Part shown: positions 28,971 to 38,475 of the stretch, piece after piece
Layout: the number at the start of each line of letters is the position of its first letter
How positions within the stretch are numbered: the stretch's first letter is position 1
Source of the DNA: Parvibaculaceae bacterium
Lineage (GTDB): Bacteria > Pseudomonadota > Alphaproteobacteria > RS24 > CBDDDD01
Assembly (NCBI GenBank): GCA_965226465.1
Contig: OZ245362.1
Span: 961,931-1,025,930 of the forward strand
DNA: 64,000 nt
Direction: 5' to 3'
Made by a program: the position numbers and the translations under genes
Notes under the pieces: model-generated
What the model was told of the DNA's origin: nothing
What the model saw: only the letters and a program-made list of their open reading frames with translations
Database searches by the model: none

Positions 28971-29903
28971 ATGTCGGAGAATGCACAACCGCCCGCGGCT
29001 ATATCGGATAGTCAAAACCCATATTTATGGAAGCTGCTCCCAAAATGGCTTCGCCCCTATGGCGAGCTTGCCCGCTGGGACAGACCGATAGGCACATGGT
29101 TATTATTGCTTCCCTCGCTATGGGGCATCACCCTTTCCGCCCATAATATAGGCGACATTCCCGATTGGAGGCTCATGCTACTCTTCACCTTAGGTGCCTT
29201 CGTAATGCGGGGAGCGGGTTGCTGTTACAATGACATATTAGATAGAAAAATGGATGCCAAAATCCCCCGCACCCAAAACCGCCCCTTAGCGAGCGGTCGC
29301 CTAAGCGTCAAACATGCGGTTGCATTTCTCGCCCTCCAAAGCCTCATCGGACTTCTGATATTATTACAACTGGACATGCTCGCCATCTATCTAGGCTTCG
29401 CCTCCATCACCCTCCTCCTCCTCTATCCGCTCATGAAGCGCCTCACCCATTTCCCCCAATTTTTTCTAGGCTTTGCGATGAATTGGGGCGTGTTGCTCGG
29501 CTGGGGCTGTGTAGACACAAGGCTCAGCGAAGTCGCATGGTTCCTATATATAGGCGGCATATTCTGGACATTAGGCTATGACACAATCTATGCCGAGCAA
29601 GATAAAGCCGCCGACAAAAAAGCAGGCATAAAATCAACGGCATTATTTTTCGGCAAACACAGCCGCTTCTATATCGCTCTCAGCTATCTAATAAGCTTCG
29701 TGATGATAACCGCCGCCGGCACAATCTGCGCACTTGGTCCTTTTTTCTATCTCGCAATGCTGGCAGTCGGTGCCCATTTTATCTGGCAAGTCGCCCGCTT
29801 CCGCCCCGATAATGGAGCCGTCTGCCTCTCTTTATTTCGTAGCAATCGCAATCTGGGTGTGCTGGTATTGGGAGCGATTTTACTGGGCTTCATAGGCAGA
29901 TGA
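28971..29903 (+). CDS. ubiA: 4-hydroxybenzoate polyprenyltransferase
   Basis: Polytopic protein with YNDILDRKMD (NDxxDxxxD). An alternative upstream ATG lies at 28932. Confidence 0.9.
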   Translation: MSENAQPPAAISDSQNPYLWKLLPKWLRPYGELARWDRPIGTWLLLLPSLWGITLSAHNIGDIPDWRLMLLFTLGAFVMRGAGCCYNDILDRKMDAKIPRTQNRPLASGRLSVKHAVAFLALQSLIGLLILLQLDMLAIYLGFASITLLLLYPLMKRLTHFPQFFLGFAMNWGVLLGWGCVDTRLSEVAWFLYIGGIFWTLGYDTIYAEQDKAADKKAGIKSTALFFGKHSRFYIALSYLISFVMITAAGTICALGPFFYLAMLAVGAHFIWQVARFRPDNGAVCLSLFRSNRNLGVLVLGAILLGFIGR

Positions 29904-29912
29904 GGAAGAAAC

Positions 29913-31241
29913 ATGGCAGATAAACTGGCAAAGCAAGCAATGCAAGCCCTTCTGGCAGAGGGCGCCGATAACGCAGTCGTCAAGATAAGAGAGGCAAACG
30001 CCATCAGCGCAAGCTGCCGCTGTGGAGTAATGGAAAGCATAGAAGCAAGCGAAGAAAAAGACATTGCCCTCCACGCCTTATTCGGGAAAAAACAAGCCTT
30101 CCTCTCCGCAAGCGGCATAGAAAAACAAGACATTCAGGCGCTCGCCACCCGCGTCTGTGAAATGGCAAAAGCCGCCCCCCAAGACCCCTATTGCGGCTTG
30201 GCAGAGGAGACCCTTTACTATCAGGGTAAAGACGATTTAGAGCTACACGACACCACCCCCCCCAACATTGAGGAATTAAAAACCCACGCCCTAGAAGCCG
30301 AAAAAACAGCCCTCTCCGAAAAAGGCATAAAAAACAGCGAGGGTGGCAACGCCTATTCCAGCGAAAGCACGCTGACCATGATGACCTCGCAAGGCTTCCT
30401 CAACACCAGAAAAGCAAGCCTTTTCTCCGCCTATGTCTGCGTATTGGCAGAACAAGACGGCAATATGGAGCGCGATTACGCCTGGCATAGCAGCCGGTAT
30501 TGGCAAACCCTTGACAGCCCCGAAACCATAGGCAAAAAAGCCGCCAAACGCGTATTGGCACGGCTTGGTGCCAAAAAAATAAAAAGCACCCAAGCCCCCA
30601 TACTCTTTGACAAAAGAGTTTCCGCCAGCCTTTTAGGACATTTTCTAGGCGCCATTTCTGGAGCCAGCATCGCACGAGGCACGAGCTTCCTACAGGATAA
30701 AATGAATGAGCAAGTTTTCTCCGACACCATCACCATCACCGACAACCCCCATAAAAAAAGAGGACTAGGCTCCCATTTATGGGACGGCGAAGGGGTTGCG
30801 GCACAAAAAATCACCCTATGCGATAAAGGCAAATTAAAAAACTGGCTATTAGACAGCGCGAGCGCCAAAAAACTAAACCTAACAAGCAATGGACACGCAA
30901 GCCACAGCTTCGGCAGCCCCCCAAGCCCCACCGCCAGCAATGCCCTTATGGAAAACGGAACCAAAACCAAAGAGCAGATAATGAGCGATATGGGCGAGGG
31001 GCTACTCGTCACCGAGCTTTTCGGCACCGGCGTCAATTCCGTAACGGGCGACTATAGCTGTGGTGCCGCCGGCTTCTGGATAAAAAACGGCGAGATACAA
31101 CAAGCCGTCCATGAAATTACCATAGCAGGAAGCCTGCAAGATATGTTCCTCGCCTTAACGCCTGCCAATGACGGAAACCACCGCCACCGCCACAACACCC
31201 CAAGCCTCTGCATAGAAGGCATGTCCATAGGGGGCATATAA
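29913..31241 (+). CDS. pmbA: Metalloprotease PmbA/TldE
   Basis: 442 aa, PmbA_TldD family, with C-terminal GDYSCGAAGFWIKNGEI. Confidence 0.9.
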   Translation: MADKLAKQAMQALLAEGADNAVVKIREANAISASCRCGVMESIEASEEKDIALHALFGKKQAFLSASGIEKQDIQALATRVCEMAKAAPQDPYCGLAEETLYYQGKDDLELHDTTPPNIEELKTHALEAEKTALSEKGIKNSEGGNAYSSESTLTMMTSQGFLNTRKASLFSAYVCVLAEQDGNMERDYAWHSSRYWQTLDSPETIGKKAAKRVLARLGAKKIKSTQAPILFDKRVSASLLGHFLGAISGASIARGTSFLQDKMNEQVFSDTITITDNPHKKRGLGSHLWDGEGVAAQKITLCDKGKLKNWLLDSASAKKLNLTSNGHASHSFGSPPSPTASNALMENGTKTKEQIMSDMGEGLLVTELFGTGVNSVTGDYSCGAAGFWIKNGEIQQAVHEITIAGSLQDMFLALTPANDGNHRHRHNTPSLCIEGMSIGGI

Positions 31242-33016
31242 TGGCAGTCAAAAAACAATCCAAAACACTTATTGTCACCTCAAGACTGGTCAGCAAATAT
31301 TTGCGCCCCCTCCTATGGGTAATCGCACTTGGTGGCATTGCCAATATACTCGTCGCCCTCATGACGGGAGCGATGCCATGGCTTATCCAGCAAGCGATAG
31401 ACGAGATTTTCGTCAAAAGCGAAAACCGCATGATATGGCTAATCCCCCTCGCCCTCATCATCGTATCCCTCATTAAGGGAGCCGCCAGCTTCTGCTCCAA
31501 TGTTCTGCTCAATTACGTATCGCAAAGAATAACCGCCACCATGCAAACCGACATGTTCCGCCATTTGGTGCATGCCGACATCTCATGGATAATGGCACGC
31601 CATAGCGGGCAATATGTCTCCATCTTCATGAACGATGTCGGACTTCTCTGCGCCACCGTCAACACGACACTGGTCGGCATATTGCGCCACTTCATCACCG
31701 TTCTGGTTTTGGCTGCCTATATGTTTTATCTAGACTGGCTGATGGCGTCCCTCTTCCTCGCCGCCGTTGTCCCCTTCGGACTTATGGCGGTCAGAAAACT
31801 TGGCAAAAAGACCAGAAAAGCAACCCAAAGAGGACTTGAAGAGCGTGGCGGCTTATCCGCAATCCTCTCCGAAGTGCTAGGCGGCTTCCGAGTAGTAAAA
31901 GCCTATGGTCACGAAAGCAAAGAAGCAAAACGCGCCCAAAATGTCATAGAAAAAATGATGCGCTTCAACCTAAAAGCCCTGCGCGCCAAAAGCGCCGCCG
32001 CCCCCTTAACCGAAATATTGGCAGGACTTGGCATAGCAGGAATTATTTTCTATGGCGGCTATCAAAGCGTACATAGCGGCATGACGGCGGGCGAGTTCAC
32101 AGGCTTCATCTCCACCATGCTGCTCATTTACCAACCCCTAAAAGCAGTCGCCAATCTACAAACCGTCCTCCAAGATGGCGTTGGCGCAGGCTTGCGAGTC
32201 TTTGAAGTCTTAGACAGCCGCCCCTCCATAGAACAAGAAAAAAATGCCAAAGCCTTACGCATAACACAAGGTGGCATTGCCTTTGACAAGGTAAGCTTCA
32301 CCTATGGCGACGGCATCCATATCCTAAAAAACATCACCCTCTCCATAGAAGCAGGCAAGCATATCGCCCTTGTCGGCGCATCGGGTGCGGGCAAAACAAC
32401 CCTCCTCAATCTGATATTGCGCTTTTATGACACCGATAAAGGCAGTATAAAGATAGATGAACAAGATATCCGCAAAGTCAGCTTCACCAGCCTACGAGAT
32501 GCCATGTCCTTAGTCACCCAAGACCCCTTCCTTTTTGACGACAGCATTAAAGCAAACATCGCCTATGGCAAAACAAGTGCCAGCGACAAAGAAATAGAAA
32601 AAGCCGCCAAAGAAGCCGCCGCCCATGACTTCATCATGGCACTACCCAAAGGCTATGACACCCCCGTTGGCGAGCGTGGCGTCAAGCTTTCTGGCGGGCA
32701 AAGACAGCGCATCGCCATTGCCCGAGCCTTGCTCAAAAACGCCCCTATCTTATTACTGGACGAGCCGACCAGCTCACTGGATACGGCTTCGGAAAAACTG
32801 GTGCAAACCGCCCTCCACCGCCTCATGCAGAACCGCACCTGCCTCATCATCGCCCATAGGCTCTCCACTATCATTGACGCTCACTGCATTTATGTTCTGG
32901 ATAAGGGAACGATAGTAGAAAAAGGTCAGCATAAAGACTTATTGCGGAACGGCAAAGCCTATGCCCGCCTTTTTGAAGCCCAATTTTCCAAAAACAAAGA
33001 GGAAGAAGGCGAGTGA
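31241..33016 (+). CDS. msbA: ABC transporter permease/ATPase, MsbA-like lipid A exporter
   Basis: Six-TM N-terminal half, Walker A GASGAGKTT, signature LSGGQRQR, Walker B ILLLDEPTS. It sits upstream of waaA-lpxK. Confidence 0.85.
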   Translation: MAVKKQSKTLIVTSRLVSKYLRPLLWVIALGGIANILVALMTGAMPWLIQQAIDEIFVKSENRMIWLIPLALIIVSLIKGAASFCSNVLLNYVSQRITATMQTDMFRHLVHADISWIMARHSGQYVSIFMNDVGLLCATVNTTLVGILRHFITVLVLAAYMFYLDWLMASLFLAAVVPFGLMAVRKLGKKTRKATQRGLEERGGLSAILSEVLGGFRVVKAYGHESKEAKRAQNVIEKMMRFNLKALRAKSAAAPLTEILAGLGIAGIIFYGGYQSVHSGMTAGEFTGFISTMLLIYQPLKAVANLQTVLQDGVGAGLRVFEVLDSRPSIEQEKNAKALRITQGGIAFDKVSFTYGDGIHILKNITLSIEAGKHIALVGASGAGKTTLLNLILRFYDTDKGSIKIDEQDIRKVSFTSLRDAMSLVTQDPFLFDDSIKANIAYGKTSASDKEIEKAAKEAAAHDFIMALPKGYDTPVGERGVKLSGGQRQRIAIARALLKNAPILLLDEPTSSLDTASEKLVQTALHRLMQNRTCLIIAHRLSTIIDAHCIYVLDKGTIVEKGQHKDLLRNGKAYARLFEAQFSKNKEEEGE

Positions 33017-34278
33017 AACCACCTTTGCCAATCATAATTTATCGGCTATTAAGCCGCCTCTGCTTCGCCCCCCTTTTATGGATACGCCAAAAGCAAGGCA
33101 AGGAGGATAAAACCCGCCTCCATGAACGCCACGCAAAAAACCTGCCAAAACGCCCCAAAGGGCAGCTCATCTGGATACACGCCGCCAGCGTCGGCGAGAC
33201 CGCCAGCATTTTAGGCTTATGCGATTACTTATTAGAAAAAAAGAAAAAAATCCTCCTCACCACAGGCACCCAAAGCAGTGCCCGCATGGTCGCCCAAAGA
33301 AACATAAAAGGCATCCTCCACCAATACGCCCCAATGGACAGCCCAAAAGTGGTCAAGCGTTTCCTCACCCATTGGCACCCCGCTTTAGCATGTTTCGTAG
33401 AAAGCGAGCTATGGCTCAATATGATAATGGCAAGCCATGAAAAAGGCATAAAGCTCCTCCTCATTAATGGGCGCATGTCCGCAAAATCCTTCCGCAAATG
33501 GCAACGCTTCCCCAAAAGCATAAAAGCATTATTAACCTGCTTTGACAGCCTCTTAGCACAAGATGTGATATCGGCAGAACGCCTACAAAGCTTAGGCGCA
33601 AAAAAAATTGAAGTAAGCGGCAATCTAAAACTAGACAGCCCCCCACTGCCCCGCTTTGAAGCAGAAGAAAAGCAACTCCTCGCCCAAATCAACACCAGAA
33701 AAACATGGCTCGCCGCCAGCACCCATGCCGGCGAAGAAGAGGCTTGCAGCAACGCCCATAAAAAACTAAAAACTCAGTATAAAGACCTCCTCACCATCAT
33801 CGTCCCCCGCCACCCCGAAAGAGGCGAAGCCATCCAAGCCAAGCTAAAAGCCTCAGGCTTCAGCGTTGCCCTCTACAGCAAAAACCAAAAAATAGAAAAA
33901 ACCACCGACATCTATATAGGCGACACCATCGGCAGGATGGGACTATTTTACCGCCTCAGCGACATCGTCTTTATGGGCGGCTCGCTTATCCCCCATGGCG
34001 GACAAAACCCCCTAGAACCGGCACGACTTGGCGCCAGCCTATTAAGCGGGCGCAACATCCATAATTTTTCACTGGTCTATACATTATTAGAAAAAGCAGG
34101 CGCCGTGCTTTTCATTGAGAAAGAAGAATCCCTATCAGCACAAATCGCCAGCCTATTAGAAAACGAAAAAAAACGCCAACGCCTCGCCCAAAATGGGCGA
34201 AAGTTCCTAAACAAAAACTTCCAAGCAAGAGAAAAAACCCTAGCCGCCATCAAAACACAATTAGGGGAAAGCCCATGA
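33013..34278 (+). CDS. waaA: 3-deoxy-D-manno-octulosonic acid (Kdo) transferase
   Basis: 421 aa with LIWIHAASVGE and C-terminal GGQNPLEPA. Confidence 0.9.
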   Translation: MKPPLPIIIYRLLSRLCFAPLLWIRQKQGKEDKTRLHERHAKNLPKRPKGQLIWIHAASVGETASILGLCDYLLEKKKKILLTTGTQSSARMVAQRNIKGILHQYAPMDSPKVVKRFLTHWHPALACFVESELWLNMIMASHEKGIKLLLINGRMSAKSFRKWQRFPKSIKALLTCFDSLLAQDVISAERLQSLGAKKIEVSGNLKLDSPPLPRFEAEEKQLLAQINTRKTWLAASTHAGEEEACSNAHKKLKTQYKDLLTIIVPRHPERGEAIQAKLKASGFSVALYSKNQKIEKTTDIYIGDTIGRMGLFYRLSDIVFMGGSLIPHGGQNPLEPARLGASLLSGRNIHNFSLVYTLLEKAGAVLFIEKEESLSAQIASLLENEKKRQRLAQNGRKFLNKNFQAREKTLAAIKTQLGESP

Positions 34279-35264
34279 AAACCCCCGCCTTCTGGTATCA
34301 AAAAACCCAAAGCTGGCAAAGCATAGCCCTCACGCCGCTCAGCCTCCTCTATGGCACCGCCGTCTTCATCACCCAAAAAAGGACTGCCCCAAAAGCCGCC
34401 AAACCCATTATCTGCATCGGCAATCTAACCACAGGCGGCAGCGGCAAAACCCCCTTCTGCCTCTATCTCGGCAAACTGCTAGAGAAGCAAGGCAAAAAAA
34501 TTGCCATCATCAGCCGAGGCTATGGCGGCAGCTTTCACGGCATAAAAAAAGTCAGCCCCAAAACCCACAAAGCAAACGAGGTCGGCGACGAACCCCTTAT
34601 GATGGCAGCCCATTTCCCCCTCTGGGTCGGAGCCAACAGAAAAAAAACCGCCACAGCCGCCAGCAAAACCGCCAATATCATCCTCATGGATGACGGCTTC
34701 CAAAACAGAAGCGTAGAAAAACACCTAACCCTCATTGTCATAAACGGCAACGATGGCTTCGGCAATGGCAGACTTTTCCCGGCAGGACCGCTCCGCCAAT
34801 CCCCCAACCAAGCCCAAAAAAAAATTGACGCCTTCATCGTGATAGGCAAGCTCAGCGACAAACGCGCAAAAGCATTTCTACAAAAAAGCAAAAAGCCCCT
34901 CTTTGAAGCCGAAATAAAACCCGACCCCATGAACTGCAAAGGCAACGCCATCGCCTTTTGCGGCATAGCCCGAAGCGAGCGATTTTTCAAAACCCTAGAA
35001 GCAAAAGGCGCAACGCTCCTCGCCCGCTATGACTTCGGCGACCATTATCCGTTCACGGAGCAAGACGCCCAAATGCTCCTAGCAGAAGCAAAGAAAAAAA
35101 ACGCGCGCCTTTATATGACCGAAAAAGACAAAGCCCGCCTAGAAGGAGCGCCAAAGGGAAGCGCAAGCGCCCGCCTCCTACAACAAGCAAAGGCGCTCCC
35201 CCTCACCCTCGCCCTCAAAAACGAGGCAAGATTTGCCAAATGGCTCAACGGCAAGATAAGGTAG
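34275..35264 (+). CDS. lpxK: Tetraacyldisaccharide 4-prime-kinase
   Basis: P-loop GNLTTGGSGKTP followed by SRGYGG. Confidence 0.9.
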   Translation: MKTPAFWYQKTQSWQSIALTPLSLLYGTAVFITQKRTAPKAAKPIICIGNLTTGGSGKTPFCLYLGKLLEKQGKKIAIISRGYGGSFHGIKKVSPKTHKANEVGDEPLMMAAHFPLWVGANRKKTATAASKTANIILMDDGFQNRSVEKHLTLIVINGNDGFGNGRLFPAGPLRQSPNQAQKKIDAFIVIGKLSDKRAKAFLQKSKKPLFEAEIKPDPMNCKGNAIAFCGIARSERFFKTLEAKGATLLARYDFGDHYPFTEQDAQMLLAEAKKKNARLYMTEKDKARLEGAPKGSASARLLQQAKALPLTLALKNEARFAKWLNGKIR

Positions 35265-35267
35265 GAT

Positions 35268-36185
35268 ATGAGCAAGAGAAAATGGCTTTTATATCTGGCG
35301 CAATATATCCTATTGCTACCGCTAGGGCTTATCATCCGCGCAATGCCTGTGGATACGGCATCCGCGCTCGGCGGTTTATTGGGGCAGCTTTTGGGCAGGT
35401 TTCTGCCCTCCAACAGGGTGGCAAAGCGCAATATCCGAGCCGTGCTAGGCACCAATAAAAAACAAACCGCCACCATCGCCAACCGCATGTGGGATAATTT
35501 AGGTCGCAACATAGCCGAGCTTGTCCATCTAGAAAAGTTCGCCGCCTCCATAACCACCCCCACCCCCCGCATCACCATAAAGGGCGAAAAAAAAGCACTT
35601 GCCACCGCAAAAAAACACGGCAGCGTGATATTATTCTCCGGACATTTCGCCAATTGGGAAGTCCTGCAAGGCATGCTATCAGCGCTCGGCTTCAATGGCG
35701 GCGCCGTATATCGCCACATCAATAACCCCTTTCTCAACCAATGGCTTATCGGCAAAAGAACCACCAATAACACCCTCACCCAAATCCCCAAAGGCAGAAA
35801 AGGCGCATTAAGCGCAGTAGATTTACTCTCACACGGAAAAATGGTCGCCCTCATGGCAGACCAAAAAATGAATGACGGCATAGAAACCCGCTTTTTCGGC
35901 ATAAAGTCCAAAGGACCGGCTTCGCCGGCAAGACTTGCGGCGCGTTTTTCCGCCCCTCTTATTCCCGTCAGTATAAAGAGAGAAAACGGCGCCCATTTTC
36001 ACGTCCACTTCCACGAAAAACTTCCCTTACGCTTTGACAAAAGCCCCGCCGAAAACGCCAAAACCAATATGCAGCTCGTCAATGATTTTTTCGCAAAACA
36101 CATGAAAACCGCCCCTGAGCAATGGTTCTGGGTGCATAGACGCTGGCATAAGAACGAGGTGGAAAAGCGGCTAAGGAATAAGTAA
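35268..36185 (+). CDS. Lipid A biosynthesis (lauroyl/late) acyltransferase family
   Basis: 305 aa with LPLAT/HtrB-type motif SGHFANWE, in lipid A gene context. Confidence 0.85.
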   Translation: MSKRKWLLYLAQYILLLPLGLIIRAMPVDTASALGGLLGQLLGRFLPSNRVAKRNIRAVLGTNKKQTATIANRMWDNLGRNIAELVHLEKFAASITTPTPRITIKGEKKALATAKKHGSVILFSGHFANWEVLQGMLSALGFNGGAVYRHINNPFLNQWLIGKRTTNNTLTQIPKGRKGALSAVDLLSHGKMVALMADQKMNDGIETRFFGIKSKGPASPARLAARFSAPLIPVSIKRENGAHFHVHFHEKLPLRFDKSPAENAKTNMQLVNDFFAKHMKTAPEQWFWVHRRWHKNEVEKRLRNK

Positions 36186-36971
36186 AGCAGGGTCAATATT
36201 CACCCCATTCCAATACACCCGCCAATCCAAATGCACCCCGCTGGAGCGCCCACCGGAACCAATAATAGCAATAGGCTGCCCCTTTTTGACCCTCTGCCCC
36301 TTGCGAACAAGCAATTTCTGCAAATGCAAAAAAGCAGAAGTTAGCCCCATCCCATGCTCCAAAAAGATAAGCCCCCCCTCAAAATACATATCACTTTCCG
36401 CAAGGCGCACAACCCCCCCTTGCGGCGCAACTATCACCGAGCTGGGGGCGGCGGCAATATCAATCCCAAAATGCGGACGGCGCGGCTCGCCATTAAAAAA
36501 ACGTTGCGAGCCATATACCCCCGTAATCACCCCCTCAAGCGGCATAATAAACCCGCCGCTCAAATAATGCTTCCTAAGGCTCGGCATTTTCGCCTTTTTC
36601 TTCCTCACCCCCTCAGAGCGAATCCTATCCAAAACTTCCGGCGGCGGTGTCACATATTTAGGCGCAATCCCCTCAATATATTGCACCTCATATTCCCGCT
36701 GTTTAAGCGGCACGCTCCATTTTTCACTTTTATCCTTATAATGAATAATAATCTCCTGCGGCGAAGCATCATCTCTCCCAAATCCGATAATCACACGGCT
36801 TTTATCACGCCGAATCTTTACCCCATCTTTTTCCACCCACGCCCCCCTCTTCAACGAAAGCGAAAGAATCCCCCCCTGCTCCAACACCCCCGAAGCCGCG
36901 CTCACCGAAGGCGGCATATCCCCCTCAATGGGCGAGAGCGCAAGAAACGGAGCGAGAAGAAAGGCAAACAT
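36171..36971 (-). CDS. M23-family metallopeptidase
   Basis: Motifs HFGIDIAA, and HLDWRV in ...SSGVHLDWRV. Confidence 0.85.
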   Translation of the reverse strand: MFAFLLAPFLALSPIEGDMPPSVSAASGVLEQGGILSLSLKRGAWVEKDGVKIRRDKSRVIIGFGRDDASPQEIIIHYKDKSEKWSVPLKQREYEVQYIEGIAPKYVTPPPEVLDRIRSEGVRKKKAKMPSLRKHYLSGGFIMPLEGVITGVYGSQRFFNGEPRRPHFGIDIAAAPSSVIVAPQGGVVRLAESDMYFEGGLIFLEHGMGLTSAFLHLQKLLVRKGQRVKKGQPIAIIGSGGRSSGVHLDWRVYWNGVNIDPALLIP

Positions 36972-36976
36972 AATCG

Positions 36977-37156
36977 TTATTTTTTCTGATTAGCCGCTTG
37001 CGGGTCATAATACGCCTCTTGCCGCTCCACCGACCAATACATCAATTTTTCCAACGGAATCACTTTCTTAGTAACCGCACAACGCACAAAACTCCCCGCC
37101 TCAACTATATGATACCCCATAGCATGAAACTCCAATTTTGCCTCTTTCGCCTGCAT
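36977..37156 (-). CDS. DUF2093-like small protein (59 aa, below the ORF-track cut-off)
   Basis: My translation is MQAKEAKLEFHAMGYHIVEAGSFVRCAVTKKVIPLEKLMYWSVERQEAYYDPQAANQKK. The C-A-V-T...IPL..L.YWSV..QE.Y core is the one I associate with alphaproteobacterial DUF2093. Confidence 0.55.
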   Translation of the reverse strand: MQAKEAKLEFHAMGYHIVEAGSFVRCAVTKKVIPLEKLMYWSVERQEAYYDPQAANQKK

Positions 37157-37158
37157 AA

Positions 37159-38445
37159 TTATTTCCCACCCTTCACAATCGCACCAGTTTCCCCATCTGC
37201 AAAATGCAGCGTCAGCTCCTGCCCAGTTTTAGTCTGCCCCCTAAGACGCACAAGCCCGCCGCCGCCATCAGTCGCAAATATAAACCCGCGCGCCATAATA
37301 GATTTATGGCTCACCAATTGCAATTGCTTGGTGAGCGAGCCAAGCGCACCCTTTTTTTTCTCATGGAGCTTCTTGGCAGCATTTCTCATCTGCTTATGCA
37401 GGCTCTGCGCCCGCTCCTGACACCGCTCAAGATAAGAAACCCTTTGCGTCAGCGTATTTTGCAAGCGCAGCGAAAGCATATCCAGCTTTTGCATATGAGC
37501 CGCAAACAACGTGTCTGCTTTGGGCAAAGCCTTCTTCACAGCCTGCAATCTCTGCGCCCGATTTTGCAAAATATGATTGAGATTGGCAAACAGCCTCCCC
37601 GCAATCGCCAGCAGCTGAGAGCGCAATTCCTCCCTCACCGGAACCGCCATCTCAGCAGCAGCAGAAGGTGTGGGCGCCCGCCTATCCGCAACAAAATCAG
37701 CCAGCGTCACATCCGTCTCATGCCCAATCGCCGAGATGACAGGAATGGCACTCTCAAAAATCGCCCGCACCACCTCCTCCTCATTAAACCCCCAAAGGTC
37801 TTCCAGCGACCCGCCCCCTCTCGCAATAATAATGAGGTCAGGCTTCTCCCCCTGCAAATAGCGAAGAGCCTCCGCCACCCTCTTGGCACATTCCTTCCCC
37901 TGCACGGGAACAGGAGCGATTAGAACACGACAAGGAAACCGCTCCGATATCCGATGAAGAATATCCTCAATCACCGCCCCGCTCGGACTGGTAATAACCG
38001 CAATCGTTTTCGGCAAAAAAGGCAGCGGCTTTTTACGGTCTGCATCAAACAGCCCCTCCGCCGCCAACGCCTTTTTGCGCTTTTCCAACAACGCCATCAT
38101 CGCCCCCACACCGGCAAGCTCCATATGCTCAATCACAAGCTGATATTTTGACTGCCCACCATAAGTAGTAATCTTTCCGGTACAAATTACCTCCATGCCC
38201 TGCTCAGGATGAAGCGGAATCGTCTTGGCAACCCCCTTCCAAATAACAGCCGCCAGCACGGCTTTCTCATCCTTCAAATCAAGATAAACATGCCCCGAAG
38301 CGGGAATAGAAATGCGCCCCAACTCGCCCCTCACCCGCACATGTCCAAAGCTCCCCTCCACCATTTTCTTCACCGCCAGCGATATCTCACTGACGCTAAA
38401 CTCACTAGCATTGGAAGCAGGATTATGTTTCGTTTCGCTCGTCAT
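37159..38445 (-). CDS. xseA: Exodeoxyribonuclease VII large subunit
   Basis: N-terminal OB fold (VRVRGELGRISIPASGHVYLDLKD), GRGGGSLEDLW, and a long coiled C-terminus. ATG at 38445. Confidence 0.9.
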   Translation of the reverse strand: MTSETKHNPASNASEFSVSEISLAVKKMVEGSFGHVRVRGELGRISIPASGHVYLDLKDEKAVLAAVIWKGVAKTIPLHPEQGMEVICTGKITTYGGQSKYQLVIEHMELAGVGAMMALLEKRKKALAAEGLFDADRKKPLPFLPKTIAVITSPSGAVIEDILHRISERFPCRVLIAPVPVQGKECAKRVAEALRYLQGEKPDLIIIARGGGSLEDLWGFNEEEVVRAIFESAIPVISAIGHETDVTLADFVADRRAPTPSAAAEMAVPVREELRSQLLAIAGRLFANLNHILQNRAQRLQAVKKALPKADTLFAAHMQKLDMLSLRLQNTLTQRVSYLERCQERAQSLHKQMRNAAKKLHEKKKGALGSLTKQLQLVSHKSIMARGFIFATDGGGGLVRLRGQTKTGQELTLHFADGETGAIVKGGK

Positions 38446-38475
38446 TTGTTTATGATAACGCATGAAGGAGGCAAT

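Noticed and set aside
38209-38475. Long N-terminal extensions of purD (from 38209), rsmD (from 47842) and the methyltransferase (from 60262)
   Set aside because: The extensions run antisense to, or in a different frame through, the neighbouring genes (xseA, the pseudouridine synthase, comF) and are basic low-complexity sequence. The internal ATGs give canonical N-termini.
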